Of a stretch of 64,000 bases of DNA, positions 35,746-45,784 are shown in pieces. Under the pieces are notes generated by a model, which did no database searches, was not told the origin of the DNA, and saw nothing but the letters and a program-made list of their open reading frames with translations. The position numbers and the translations under genes were made by a program. Positions within the stretch are counted from its first letter, which is position 1, and each line of letters starts with the position of its first letter. Origin of the DNA: Acidobacteriota bacterium (GTDB lineage Bacteria > Acidobacteriota > UBA890 > WLXD01); contig CAXWPH010000007.1 of assembly GCA_963666055.2 (NCBI GenBank), forward strand, positions 256,001 to 320,000, given 5' to 3'.

Positions 35746-36655
35746 AGAACGCCTCGTGTGGGCTCGACGGCTCGAAGCGCTGTCGGTGGCTTCCGTCGCC
35801 GAGATCGTTTCCGAGCGCTTCCCCGACTTTCGCGGACTGCGTGTCGACTTCCTGGGTGAAGGCTGGGACTTCCGTGCGTTCGAAGTGGACTCTCGATGGG
35901 TATTCCGCTTTCCGAAACGCGACTCGAGCAACGCCGGCCTGAAGATGGAGCATGAGCTGCTAGCGGGACTCGCCGGCTCGTTGCCCTTACGCGTGCCCGT
36001 CTACGATTACCTGGCGAGCGTTCCCGGGCACCCGGAGTGGCTCTTCGGCGGCTACCGCAAGCTCCCTGGGCCAGCCGCCGAAGCTGCCGATCGTGTCGAT
36101 TCGATGGCGGTCGCCCGACAGCTCGGCCACTTCCTGGATCGCCTTCACGCCTATCCGCTCGAGGCGGCGCGCGCCGCAGGAGTCCCCGAACGTCCCGATC
36201 TTGCGGGACAGACGTCGGAGCGGGCGCGCCGGCAACTCGCGCGCATCGATGACCGCGAGATCGACCTCCGGCGGCTTGGCACCTTTCTCGATGCTGGCGC
36301 GCCCGGAGCTTGCAGCACGCGCCTGGCGCTGGTCCACAATGATCTCGGGCCGGATCACGTCTTGGTCGATCCCGAGTCGGGACAAGCAAGCGCGGTGATC
36401 GATTGGACCGACGCGGTGATCGCCGAGCCGGTCGTCGACTTTGCCGGCATCTACGCCTGGCTGGGCGAGCGTTGTCTAGAAGGTGCCTTGGGGCACTACA
36501 CGCACGAGTTGGACACAGAGCTCATCGCCCGCGCCCGGTACCTGGGAATATGCGTGGCCCTCCACCTCCTCACGCTGTCGCGACAGCTCGACCAAGCTGG
36601 GTGGGAGAGGGTCGGAATGAGGGCGTTGCGACGCGATTTCGCTTCCGAGCAGTGA
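35732..36655 (+). CDS. Aminoglycoside/choline phosphotransferase-family kinase
   Basis: LGEGWD, WVFRFPK, VHNDLGPDHVLVD, VIDWTDA. Confidence 0.85.
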   Translation: MGRTEERLVWARRLEALSVASVAEIVSERFPDFRGLRVDFLGEGWDFRAFEVDSRWVFRFPKRDSSNAGLKMEHELLAGLAGSLPLRVPVYDYLASVPGHPEWLFGGYRKLPGPAAEAADRVDSMAVARQLGHFLDRLHAYPLEAARAAGVPERPDLAGQTSERARRQLARIDDREIDLRRLGTFLDAGAPGACSTRLALVHNDLGPDHVLVDPESGQASAVIDWTDAVIAEPVVDFAGIYAWLGERCLEGALGHYTHELDTELIARARYLGICVALHLLTLSRQLDQAGWERVGMRALRRDFASEQ

Positions 36656-36658
36656 GCG

Positions 36659-37330
36659 ATGGGTGACGGGCAGAACCTCGAAGCCGTCCGACTCCCCATC
36701 GTCGCCGTCATCGGCTCCGGATCGCCGCATCATCCCAGCGCTCGCCTCGCCGCTGAGCTCGGCGCCCTGGTGGCCCGCAAGCACTGCCACCTGCTGACCG
36801 GCGGCGGCGGCGGCGTGATGCTCGACGCCTCGCGGGGATTCACCGCGGTGCGAGCGCGCAGCGGCCTGGCGATCGGCGTCATCCCTCGTGCTGCTAGCGG
36901 CGACGGCCCCAAGCCTGGCTATCCCAACGAGCACGTCGAGGTACCGATCTTCACCCACCTTGCCGGTGCCGACCCGACCTCGGTGCAAAGCCGCAATCCG
37001 ATCAACGTGCTGACTTGTTGCTGTGTGGTGGCCCTGCCGGGCGACGCCGGGACGCGCGCCGAGGCGCGGTTGGCACTGCGCTACGGCACGCCGATTCGGG
37101 CCGTCGTCGACGTCGGCGCGGCGCCCTCGTCGACCCTGTTCGAAGCAACGATGACGGCGATGGGCGTGGCTTGCGTGCACGTCGAGATGCGTCCCGGCAA
37201 GAACGCGGGCTTCGATCTCGGGTCGGTCGAGGCGTTTATCAACGGCTCTCCGGTAGCATCTTGCGACGCCGCGAACGCGAGTAGGCCGTTGCCAACAGTC
37301 GGCGAGCACGCCGCTCATTTCGATCGTTGA
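36659..37330 (+). CDS. LOG/SLOG-family protein (molybdenum cofactor carrier-like)
   Basis: VAVIGSG, LLTGGGGGVM, IGVIP, SRNPINV, LPGDAGTRAE. Confidence 0.82.
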   Translation: MGDGQNLEAVRLPIVAVIGSGSPHHPSARLAAELGALVARKHCHLLTGGGGGVMLDASRGFTAVRARSGLAIGVIPRAASGDGPKPGYPNEHVEVPIFTHLAGADPTSVQSRNPINVLTCCCVVALPGDAGTRAEARLALRYGTPIRAVVDVGAAPSSTLFEATMTAMGVACVHVEMRPGKNAGFDLGSVEAFINGSPVASCDAANASRPLPTVGEHAAHFDR

Positions 37331-37460
37331 TGAGCGAGCCCATCGTTGGCCCTCATCCCGCCGTTCGGCGGTCATGCGGTCAGGCCACCGGAGATCCGTT
37401 TGCCAAGGGTGTATCATCCGCCGGGCGTAGGCCGTATTGACGAGCACCTGGGAGAAGCGG

Positions 37461-39501
37461 ATGGCGACGATCGAACGCTCGAAGACAACGTGGATGAAAC
37501 CTGCGATATGCGCCGCGGTCGCGGTCACCCTGTCCCTGCTGTCGATGCCTGCGGTCGGCCAGAACGGTGCGCCGAACATCGGCACCGAGAACGGTGAGTG
37601 GCGTCACTGGGGTGGCGATATGTACAGCACGCGCTACTCGCCGCTCGATCAGATCAACGCCGACAACTTCAACGACCTCGAGGTCGCCTGGGTGTGGCGG
37701 GGCGACAACTACGGTCCCTCGGTGGACAACATCATGCGCTCCACGCCGACCTATGTGAATGGAGTGCTCTACACGGTCGCCGGTCAGCGGCGCACGGTCG
37801 TCGCTATCGACCCGGCCACCGGCGAGACGCTGTGGACCTACCGCGAGCCCTACACGCCGCGCTGGGAAGCGTCGATGCGGAAGAACTACGGCAAGGGTGT
37901 CGGGTACGCCAACATCGACCGCCGCGGTGTGATCTACATGATCTCGCCGGGCTTCTTCCTGCACGCGCTCGACGCCGTCACTGGAAAGCCAATCGAGCAG
38001 TTCGGTAACGAGGGCACCGTAGATCTGCTGGCGGACTTCGGCTATCCGTACGATGCCTGGGAGGGACTCCCCACCGACGTCGGCTACATCACCAACTCCT
38101 CGCCGCCGATGGTGGTCAACGACGTGGTGGTGGTAGGCAACTCGCACGAGCAGGGCTACCGGCAGACCCGACGCGAGAACGTGCCCGGGCACGTGCTGGC
38201 GTACGACGCGCGTTCTGGCGAGCACCTGTGGAAGTTCAACGTCATTCCGCAGCCCGGCGAGTTCGGCCACGAGACCTGGGAAAGCGATGCCTGGTCGTAC
38301 ACCGGCAACGTCTCGGCTTGGGCACCGATGGCCGCCGACCCGGAGCTCGGGCTGGTCTACTTCGCCACCGACCCACCGACCAACGATTACTGGGGAGGCC
38401 ACCATCCCGGCGACAACCTCTTCGCCACCTCGATAATCGCCGTCGATATCAAGACGGGTGAGCGCCGCTGGCATTTCCAAACGGTGCACCACGACATCTG
38501 GAACTACGACAACCCCACTGCGCCGAACCTCGTCGACATCACCGTTGACGGCAAGAGGATTCCGGCGCTGGTACAGACCACGAAGCAGAGCTTCGCCTAT
38601 GTGCTCAACCATGAGACCGGCGAGCCGGTGTGGCCGATCGAGGAGCGCCCAGTTCCAAGATCGAAGATACCGGGTGAATACACTTCGCCGACGCAGCCCT
38701 TCCCGACCAGGCCGGCGGCGTACGAGATGCAGGGTGTCACCGAGGACGACCTGATCGACTTCACACCACAGCTCCGGCAGGCGGCGATAGAGATGCTCAG
38801 CGAGTACGAGCTCGGGCCGCTGTTCAACCCACCGCTGCACCGCGACAACGACCTGGGCCTCAGAGCCTCGGTCCATTGCCCGGGAGGCAACGGTGGCACC
38901 AACATCCCCGGTGGCGCGGCGGTCGACCCCGAGACCCAGATTCTCTACGTCGCGTCTACGAAGACTTGCTCCGCGCCGACGTTGATTCCAGGCAGCGAGG
39001 CAGATGCCCACGATCCCAACCCGATCGGCAAGACGGTCACGGCGTGGGCCAGCGGACCGGGCTTTGGGCCCGGTGGAGTCCAGGGACTGCCCTACCTCAA
39101 GCCGCCCTACGGTCGCATCACCGCGATCGATCTGAACACCGGCGAGCATCTGTGGTGGATTCCAAACGGCGACACAACCCGAGTCGATTACCCATCACCC
39201 GGCACTGCAAGGTCTCGACATCCCCAACACCGGCAGGCCGTCACACGCCACCAAGGTGATCACCAAGACACTGCTCATCTACGCCGAGGGCCGCCGCGGC
39301 GCTCCACTGTTGCACGCGGTCGACAAGCTCACCGGCGAGCGGCTCGGCACGGTGGATATCCCGGCGCAGAGCAACAGCGCGCCGATGACCTACATGCACG
39401 AGGGCAGGCAGTACATCGTGCTGCCCATAGGTGGGCCGGCCCACTCCGGTTCGCTCGCCGCCGTGGCGCTACCTACCGGACAAGCCCAACCGGAGCACTA
39501 G
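37461..39501 (+). pseudogene. PQQ-dependent dehydrogenase (glucose/quinate type) with a +1 frameshift near 39177
   Basis: TRYSPLDQIN, HFQTVHHDIWNYD, KPPYGRITAIDLNTGEHLW. Removing one A at ~39177 restores GDTPESITHHPALQGLDIPNTG...PMTYMHEGRQYIV to the TAG at 39501. Confidence 0.85.
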
Positions 39502-39522
39502 CAGGCCGTGGCGGCCTGCTAG
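39498..39522. repeat. Minimal palindromic CTAG repeat between convergent stops
   Basis: CTAGCAGGCC-GTGGC-GGCCTGCTAG, a perfect 10-bp stem. Confidence 0.9.
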
Positions 39523-41631
39523 CTATCCCTCGATACGCCTCGCCTCGAACACCCCGTTGGGCTGGATGAAACGGGCACCGGTGACAACCGCCGAGTCGTC
39601 GAGCAGAAACTCGAGGCTGAAGCCGCTCAGGCGACCGATAGCGAATTCGGTGCCGCGCATCGGCTCGAGCGCATAGACCGGCTGATCCGGCAAGGCAACC
39701 CGTAGCTCGGTACCGTGAAGCGTCACCTCGGCCCGCTGGCTGGATAGCTCGTAGACGCCGACGAACTGCGCCAAGTAGTGGGCATCCGAGAGCCGCTCGT
39801 CGGCGAGCTTGGTGAACACGATGGGGTCCATCTGCGACTCGAACGGCACCGCGAGCTCGGCGATCTCGCCGGCGGTGTTGAGACGGAACAGCACCTTGGT
39901 GTCTTCGAACGTGGGATCTTCGCCGTCATCCATGCCGTTGAAGGTGTTGTGGTGCCAGTGCTCGAGGTTGACGGCCATGTTGTTGTATTTCATTCGCAGA
40001 CCGCCCTCCTCGAGGGTCACCTCGACGACCCCGTACCCCGGTTGGTCGTACTTGCCGGCGTACTCGGCCAGCGGATGCGTCGGCGTCGTGCCGGCCTTGC
40101 GCTTGGCCTCGGCGTTGATGTGCGCCTCCGCCTGCGCTCTCTCTCCTTCTTCGACGGCCTCCAGGGCCTCGGCGAGGTAGCCGGCGTCGTCGAGCCCCAG
40201 GATGCGATCGATCACCGTGCGCGCCACCGCCGTGGGCACCGGATTGGCGCCGGCCGCATTCGTATAGACCACCACGCCGAAGTCGTCCAATGGCAGCAAG
40301 GCGACCCAGGAGATGAACCCATCGATGCCGCCACCATGCTGCACGAGGAAATGGCCGCGGTGAGCCTCGATCGACCAACCGAGGCCGTAGCCCATGGCCA
40401 TCGTCCGCGACCTGCTCGGATACTGCGAGATCGCCATGTGCGGCGTATGCATCTCCCGCAGCGTAGCCGCCTCGACGAGACGTTTGTCGCCGATCGCCCC
40501 GCCGCCCAGCTGCATCCGCATCCACTGGCTCATCTCCGAGACCGACGAGTTGATCGATCCGGCCGGCCCGACGGTGTCGATGTTGCGGAACGGGATGAGT
40601 TGCGCGGCGCGATCTTCGAGCGCGTAGGGCGACGCGTGGTCGGGGTCCTGCTGCGAGGCCAGCACCGAGAAGTTCGAACGCTGCATGCCCAGCGGCGTGA
40701 AGATACGCTCGCGCACCAGGTCTTCCCAGCTTCTGCCGGTGATGCGCTCCGCCAGGTAGCCCGCGGTCATGAACATGAGGTTCTGATACTGGAACTCCTC
40801 GCCCAGGTCACGGGTGGGCTCCAGATACGCCAGGCGCGCAAAGAGCTCCTTGCGAGACAGCGGCGAGTTGTACCAGAGCAGGTCGTGGCGTGGCAGACCC
40901 GAGGCGTGGATCAGCAGATCGCGTACTTTCAACCGCCGTGTTGCGTGGTCGTCGTAGAGGCGGAAGGCCGGCAGATACTCGATCAGCGGCGTGTCCCAAT
41001 CGAGCTCGCCTTCGTCGATCAACGTCCCGAGGATGAACGCGGTAAACGCCTTGGTGGTCGATCCGATGGCGAACAGCGTGTCGGGAGTAACGGGCGTGGC
41101 GTCGTCGACATGGCGCAGCCCATATCCCTTGGCGAACACCACCTCGTCGGCGGCAACCACGGCGATGGCCAGCCCGGGCACGCCGAAGTCCTCGAGCGCC
41201 CTCTCGATCACGGCATCGATGTCGGCAAGCGCGGCGCGGGCGTTGTCGGCAATCGGCACGCCGCGCCTGAGCTCGAAGGGAAACGAGCCGCCCCCTTGAG
41301 TGAACTCGCCGCTAATCTGGTCGCCTTCGACGGTACCGTCGAAGGTCGGATCGCCGGGAACGCCGGCGATCGCAAAACGGACCGAGTCTCCGTCAACAGA
41401 CAGTTCACCCAGCGGCAGGTCGGTGGCGCTCTGCGCCGGGATGCTGATCGTCCCCGCCAGGTCGCCGCCTGAGTCCGTGAAGTCGAGCTTGACCACCAGC
41501 GGTGATCCGGGGATGTCGATCGAGCCTTCCCAGTGCCCGGCCAGCGTGGACTGGGCTCGCGCAGCCGCGGCCTGGAGCGCCACCAGCGCACCGACGAGGA
41601 ATACAGCGTTGACAACGGTGGTTCGCCGCAT
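39523..41631 (-). CDS. Secreted serine hydrolase (beta-lactamase/peptidase S12 family) with DUF3471-like C-terminal domains
   Basis: FAIGSTTK (SxxK), FQYQN (YxN), HGGGIDGF, LAEYAGKY. Confidence 0.9.
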   Translation of the reverse strand: MRRTTVVNAVFLVGALVALQAAAARAQSTLAGHWEGSIDIPGSPLVVKLDFTDSGGDLAGTISIPAQSATDLPLGELSVDGDSVRFAIAGVPGDPTFDGTVEGDQISGEFTQGGGSFPFELRRGVPIADNARAALADIDAVIERALEDFGVPGLAIAVVAADEVVFAKGYGLRHVDDATPVTPDTLFAIGSTTKAFTAFILGTLIDEGELDWDTPLIEYLPAFRLYDDHATRRLKVRDLLIHASGLPRHDLLWYNSPLSRKELFARLAYLEPTRDLGEEFQYQNLMFMTAGYLAERITGRSWEDLVRERIFTPLGMQRSNFSVLASQQDPDHASPYALEDRAAQLIPFRNIDTVGPAGSINSSVSEMSQWMRMQLGGGAIGDKRLVEAATLREMHTPHMAISQYPSRSRTMAMGYGLGWSIEAHRGHFLVQHGGGIDGFISWVALLPLDDFGVVVYTNAAGANPVPTAVARTVIDRILGLDDAGYLAEALEAVEEGERAQAEAHINAEAKRKAGTTPTHPLAEYAGKYDQPGYGVVEVTLEEGGLRMKYNNMAVNLEHWHHNTFNGMDDGEDPTFEDTKVLFRLNTAGEIAELAVPFESQMDPIVFTKLADERLSDAHYLAQFVGVYELSSQRAEVTLHGTELRVALPDQPVYALEPMRGTEFAIGRLSGFSLEFLLDDSAVVTGARFIQPNGVFEARRIEG

Positions 41632-41678
41632 GACGGTGCCTCCGAGAGGGGATTGCCAGGTGCGCAGAATTCTACCGG

Positions 41679-41850
41679 CTAGTGTCCTGTAACAGAGGTT
41701 CGTTGTGCCTCGCCCGGCTCCGGTTCCGCAGTGGGCACGTGCACCGGCAAGAGCACCCGGCCTTCCTGGACCACGAGCTCGCCGTCCCGCACCACCGAGA
41801 CCACGTTGGCAAGGTCGCGGATGCGCTCGTCCGGACGGCCGTCGACGACT
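41679..41850 (-). pseudogene. C-terminal remnant of an amidohydrolase-family gene ending in a second CTAG end type
   Basis: VVDGRPDERIRDLANVVSVVRDGELVV matches the amidohydrolase terminal beta-sandwich. The stop lies in CTAGTGTCCTGT. Confidence 0.65.
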
Positions 41851-41945
41851 CGTCGCCTACTGCGGAGCTCCGGCAATGCCATCACGGGGCGCCTGCTCAT
41901 CATGAATCATGTGACCCGACGCCTCGGAGCAGCTGAAGCGTCCGG

Positions 41946-42620
41946 CTAGTCGATGGCGAAGCAGTAGAACAAGCCGTCGCCGCCGGTGCCCTGCAGGTCC
42001 TCCTGGCCGCAGCCACGCGAGCCGTGCGCCGAGTTCCACGACGTGGGGTTATCGCCACCGCCGCTGCGATCGAAATGCCCCACAAGGGCGCTGCCGTCGG
42101 AGCGACTCGTCCAATTGCTGCAGGTGTGGTCCTCATCGTCGGCCAGCAAAGTACCGTCCATCTGGACACCGGTAAGAATGTCGTGACGGTTGGGACTGTC
42201 GCCGCGGCCTTTCACCGTGTCGCCGTTCTCGGTAAGAACGGTCTCCTTAGTCATGTTGTTGTCGCCATGGAGATTGGCCACATCGGTGGCCACGACCACG
42301 CCACGCACATTGCGCCACGGCCCGCTGCCAATGCGGTCACCAGCGTTGACCGCCGGCCGGCCGTCGGACGCCGCGGCGCCGAGATATGCCCGCCACGTGC
42401 TATCCCCTGCGCCAACCGCCCGCGCCAGCATCTCGCAACGGGCGTCAGCGCCCGCCAGACCGCCCAGATCGGCACCGTTGCCACTTCCCGAGCTCGTGAT
42501 GAAGAAGCTCATCTCATTCGCTTGAGCGCTCGACTCTGCCACCGCGGTCGCTTCCGGCACGGCGGTGGCGAGCGTTGCGAGCAACAACAACGTAATCGCA
42601 AGAATCACGGTCTTTCGCAT
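41946..42620 (-). CDS. Secreted Cys-containing protein with endostatin/C-type-lectin-like fold
   Basis: Signal peptide from ATG 42620 (GAGGGGAG RBS), FFITS..GLAGADARC..TWRAYL..RIGSGPW..CSNWTS..LFYCF. Confidence 0.75.
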   Translation of the reverse strand: MRKTVILAITLLLLATLATAVPEATAVAESSAQANEMSFFITSSGSGNGADLGGLAGADARCEMLARAVGAGDSTWRAYLGAAASDGRPAVNAGDRIGSGPWRNVRGVVVATDVANLHGDNNMTKETVLTENGDTVKGRGDSPNRHDILTGVQMDGTLLADDEDHTCSNWTSRSDGSALVGHFDRSGGGDNPTSWNSAHGSRGCGQEDLQGTGGDGLFYCFAID

Positions 42621-42712
42621 ATCGATCTCCCCTCGGACGGAGCGCAACGGAGTGGACGGGCTGGAGTGTACGGAAAATACCGGCCGCCAGCGAGCCCCCC
42701 CCCAGGTCGTGG

Positions 42713-42745
42713 CTAGCAGGTCGTGATGGAAGCGTGGCCTGCTAG
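42713..42745. repeat. Short degenerate CTAG repeat
   Basis: CTAGCAGGTCGTGATGGAAGCGTGGCCTGCTAG. Confidence 0.85.
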
Positions 42746-42899
42746 AACTTCGCGACGTTGGCTTTGATCGCCGCCGATACGTACGTCGACAGGCCTTCGG
42801 CGCCGCCATCGCTCCTTCGGAATCCGGCGGGTGGCCGGCGGCCAACCGCGCCGCCAGCTCCTCGACGATCGCCCCGCTCTCAGCCTTGATTGCCTTCCA
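42742..42899 (-). pseudogene. Internally deleted TipAS (MerR/TipA drug-binding) domain remnant
   Basis: WKAIKAESGAIVEELAARLAAGHPPDSEGAMAA is joined out of frame to EGLSTYVSAAIKANVAKF*. The two pieces resemble the TipAS segments G.PADSEGAMDAA and PGLAAYMRDAILAN. Confidence 0.7.
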
Positions 42900-43035
42900 T
42901 CACCCTCGACCGACAGAACCATCCCAAACGGCACCATCACAACGGCATCGTGCAGACCCGCGACAGCGGACGAGTAGACTGGGCGCATGCTCGAGAGCAA
43001 CCTCATCCAGACGGAGGCCGCACCCTTGGCGAGTC

Positions 43036-44505
43036 GTGCCTGAGGCCATCGAACGCTGGCGCGTGGCTCCCGATCTCAGTATCTCGCGCGTGCTCACCGG
43101 CCTGTGGCAGATTGCCGACATGGAGCGCGACGGCCGTTCGGTCAACCGCGCAGCCGCCGCCGGCGCGATGGAACCGTACGTCGAGGCTGGCTTCACCACC
43201 TTCGACATGGCCGACCACTACGGCTCGGCGGAGAAGATTGCCGGCGAGTTCGTCCAGCGCCACGGCGCCGACTCGGTTCAACTGCTGACCAAGTGGGTAC
43301 CCAAGCCCGGAGCAACCAGCCGCGATGAAGTGCGCGCCGCGGTCGAGCTGGCCTTGGAGCGGCTGCGCAGCGACCGCATCGACCTGCTCCAGTACCACAC
43401 CTGGAACTACGCCGACCCCGCCTACCTGGACACCCTATTTTATCTACAGGAGCTCAAAGAGGAGGGGCTCATCGGCCACCTCGGGCTCACCAACGTGGAC
43501 ACGCCACATCTCAGGATCCTCATCCACACCGGCATCGAGGTGGTCTCCAATCAGGTGTCTTTCTCGCTCCTCGATCAGCGGTGCCGCGTCAACGGCATGA
43601 CCGAGCTGTGCCGGCAGCACGACATCACGCTGCTGGCGTTCGGCACCCTCGCCGGGGGATTCCTCAGCGAGCGCTGGCTGCACCAGCCGGAGCCCGACTG
43701 GGAAGGTGTCGAAACCTGGTCGAAGATGAAATACGGCCGGTTCATTCGCACCGCCGGCGGGTGGGAGGCATTTCAGGCGCTGCTTCGTGTGGTGCAGGCT
43801 GTTGCCACACGCCACGAGGTCTCGATAGCGAACGTCGCCTGCCGCTACATCCTCGATCAACCCGCCGTCGGCGGCGTGATCCTGGGGGCGCGCCTCGGTG
43901 TCAGCGAACACCGCGATGACAACAGCCGTCTGTTCGAGCTCGCCCTCGATGATGCGGGCCGATCGGAGATCGACGCGGCGGTAGCCCGACTCGACCCGAT
44001 ACCCGGTGACTGCGGCGACGAGTACCGACGAGCACCGTTCCTGACGGCGACGGGCGACCTCAGCCACCACATCGAATGCCTGCCGCCCCCCTACGAGGCA
44101 TGCCGTGGCGTCGACGGCCGCACCCGGGTGCTGACCGGCACGGTCTGGGAAGAACTCGCCGGCTTCAGTCGGGCCGTGCGCCAGGGCGATCGGATCGTGG
44201 TGTCCGGAACCACCGCCACGTACGGTAAGCGATTGATTGGTGGCAACGACGCCGAAGCACAGACGCACTTCCTGATCGACAAGATCGAGGGCGCCCTGCA
44301 ATCGTTGGGCGCGCGGCTCGACGATGTGATCCGAACTCGCGTCTACATCAACAACGAGGCCGACTGGGAGCCGGTCTCCCGGGTCCACGGCGACCGGTTT
44401 CGCCACATCCTGCCGGCGAATACCCTGGTCCAATCTGGGATCATCGGTTCCGGGTATCTCGTCGAGATGGAAGCAGAGGCATGGCTAACGGCAGATCAAC
44501 GCTGA
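43036..44505 (+). CDS. Aldo/keto reductase fused to a C-terminal RidA/YjgF-like domain
   Basis: GLWQ, TTFDMADHYG, IDLLQYHTW, SNQVSFSLLD, then WEELAGFSRAVR...VSGTTA...RTRVY...LVEMEAEA. Start estimated. Confidence 0.88.
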   Translation: MPEAIERWRVAPDLSISRVLTGLWQIADMERDGRSVNRAAAAGAMEPYVEAGFTTFDMADHYGSAEKIAGEFVQRHGADSVQLLTKWVPKPGATSRDEVRAAVELALERLRSDRIDLLQYHTWNYADPAYLDTLFYLQELKEEGLIGHLGLTNVDTPHLRILIHTGIEVVSNQVSFSLLDQRCRVNGMTELCRQHDITLLAFGTLAGGFLSERWLHQPEPDWEGVETWSKMKYGRFIRTAGGWEAFQALLRVVQAVATRHEVSIANVACRYILDQPAVGGVILGARLGVSEHRDDNSRLFELALDDAGRSEIDAAVARLDPIPGDCGDEYRRAPFLTATGDLSHHIECLPPPYEACRGVDGRTRVLTGTVWEELAGFSRAVRQGDRIVVSGTTATYGKRLIGGNDAEAQTHFLIDKIEGALQSLGARLDDVIRTRVYINNEADWEPVSRVHGDRFRHILPANTLVQSGIIGSGYLVEMEAEAWLTADQR

Positions 44506-45743
44506 GCTTGGCACTCGTCGTCATCGGGGTGTCGCTGGTCGTCGCCACCCTGCTGGCGACGGTCGGCGGAGCGCGCGGCCAGGAAATGCCCGATTGGACC
44601 AGGATCACCCCCTCCATCGAGGCAACGGGGTTCGTCGAACGCCTTCCCATCGAGGTCCTGCAAACGAAGCTCTTCCTCGAGCTCGAGCTTGGCGGGCACC
44701 CGCGGTCGGTGATATTCGATACCGGCTCCCCCAGCGTGCTCAGCAAGCCACTGGCGACCGAGCTCGGCCTGGAGATCATCGATACCATCCGAACCGTCGA
44801 CGCCAACGGCACACGCATCGACAGCGAGGTGGCGGTGCTTGACGAGCTCCGGCTCGGCAGTCTGAGCGTGCGCAACCTCCCGGTGATTGTTGCCGACCTC
44901 TCGAAGGCACCGATCGCCAGCTGCCTGTTCGATGCCGTGCTCGGCTCCAACATCCTGCAGGTCTGCAACTGGCAGATTGACGTCGCCGGGCGAACGCTGA
45001 CCTGCGCCGACCGGCTCGAGGACTTGCCGTTCATCGACGAAAGCGCCTCGGTGCTGCTACGCGAGTTCGGCTATCCCTACTCGCCGATCCTCGACACCGA
45101 GTTTCACAACGGCATGACGAGCACCGCGATGTTCGATACCGGTTCGCCCGAGTACGTTGCTCTGACGCGCCGCGAGTTCGAGGACCTCGAGCGCACCGGT
45201 GCGATCGAGCGTAGCGCGATGGTCCGCGGGTTCGGCTCCGCCGGAGAATCGCTCGGTGGCATGGGCCAGGATCAGGAGACCTTTCTGCTGTCGCTCAGTC
45301 GGCTCTGGATCGGCGAGCTCGAGCTCGTGGACGTGGTGGCACGAACGCAGCAGGAAGCGCCCACACTCATCGGTGCCAGCCTGCTGGAGCACTATCTGGT
45401 GACCCTGGCGTATCCACACAAGCGAGCTTTCTTCTACAAGAATTCAGAGGCGCCGCTGCGGCGAACCGGCTTTGGCTTTGGCCCCGATTTCGATGCGCAA
45501 ACGGTTACCGCCAGCTTCGTCTGGGAAGAATCCCCCGCCTACAAAGCGGGAATCCGCCCCGGCGATCGGCTCATGCGCATCGGCGATTCCGACCTGTCCG
45601 AGATCACCCAGCAGAGCCGCTGCCCGATAATACGCGACGTCCTCGACTCGTTAGATGGCGATGCCACGCTGCGCGTCGACTTCGAGCACGAAGGCGCCGC
45701 GACGAGGGTCGAGCTCACCCGGCAGCCGACGCTACAGCGCTGA
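44481..45743 (+). CDS. Secreted twin retropepsin-like aspartyl protease with C-terminal PDZ domain
   Basis: Two FDTGSP motifs, LGSNIL/IGASLL segments and SPAYKAGIRPGDRLMRI. Confidence 0.85.
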   Translation: MANGRSTLSLALVVIGVSLVVATLLATVGGARGQEMPDWTRITPSIEATGFVERLPIEVLQTKLFLELELGGHPRSVIFDTGSPSVLSKPLATELGLEIIDTIRTVDANGTRIDSEVAVLDELRLGSLSVRNLPVIVADLSKAPIASCLFDAVLGSNILQVCNWQIDVAGRTLTCADRLEDLPFIDESASVLLREFGYPYSPILDTEFHNGMTSTAMFDTGSPEYVALTRREFEDLERTGAIERSAMVRGFGSAGESLGGMGQDQETFLLSLSRLWIGELELVDVVARTQQEAPTLIGASLLEHYLVTLAYPHKRAFFYKNSEAPLRRTGFGFGPDFDAQTVTASFVWEESPAYKAGIRPGDRLMRIGDSDLSEITQQSRCPIIRDVLDSLDGDATLRVDFEHEGAATRVELTRQPTLQR

Positions 45744-45784
45744 GCCACCGCGCCCCGAGCCCCGGCAGGGGTATTCTGGAGCTC

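Noticed and set aside
36659-37330. Functional link between the Moco-carrier-like gene and modABC
   Set aside because: They are about 12 kb apart with unrelated genes between them, and the LOG family has other functions.
35732-41631. APH-like kinase and beta-lactamase-fold protein as a resistance island
   Set aside because: Both belong to broad families with mostly non-resistance members, and there is no mobile resistance context.
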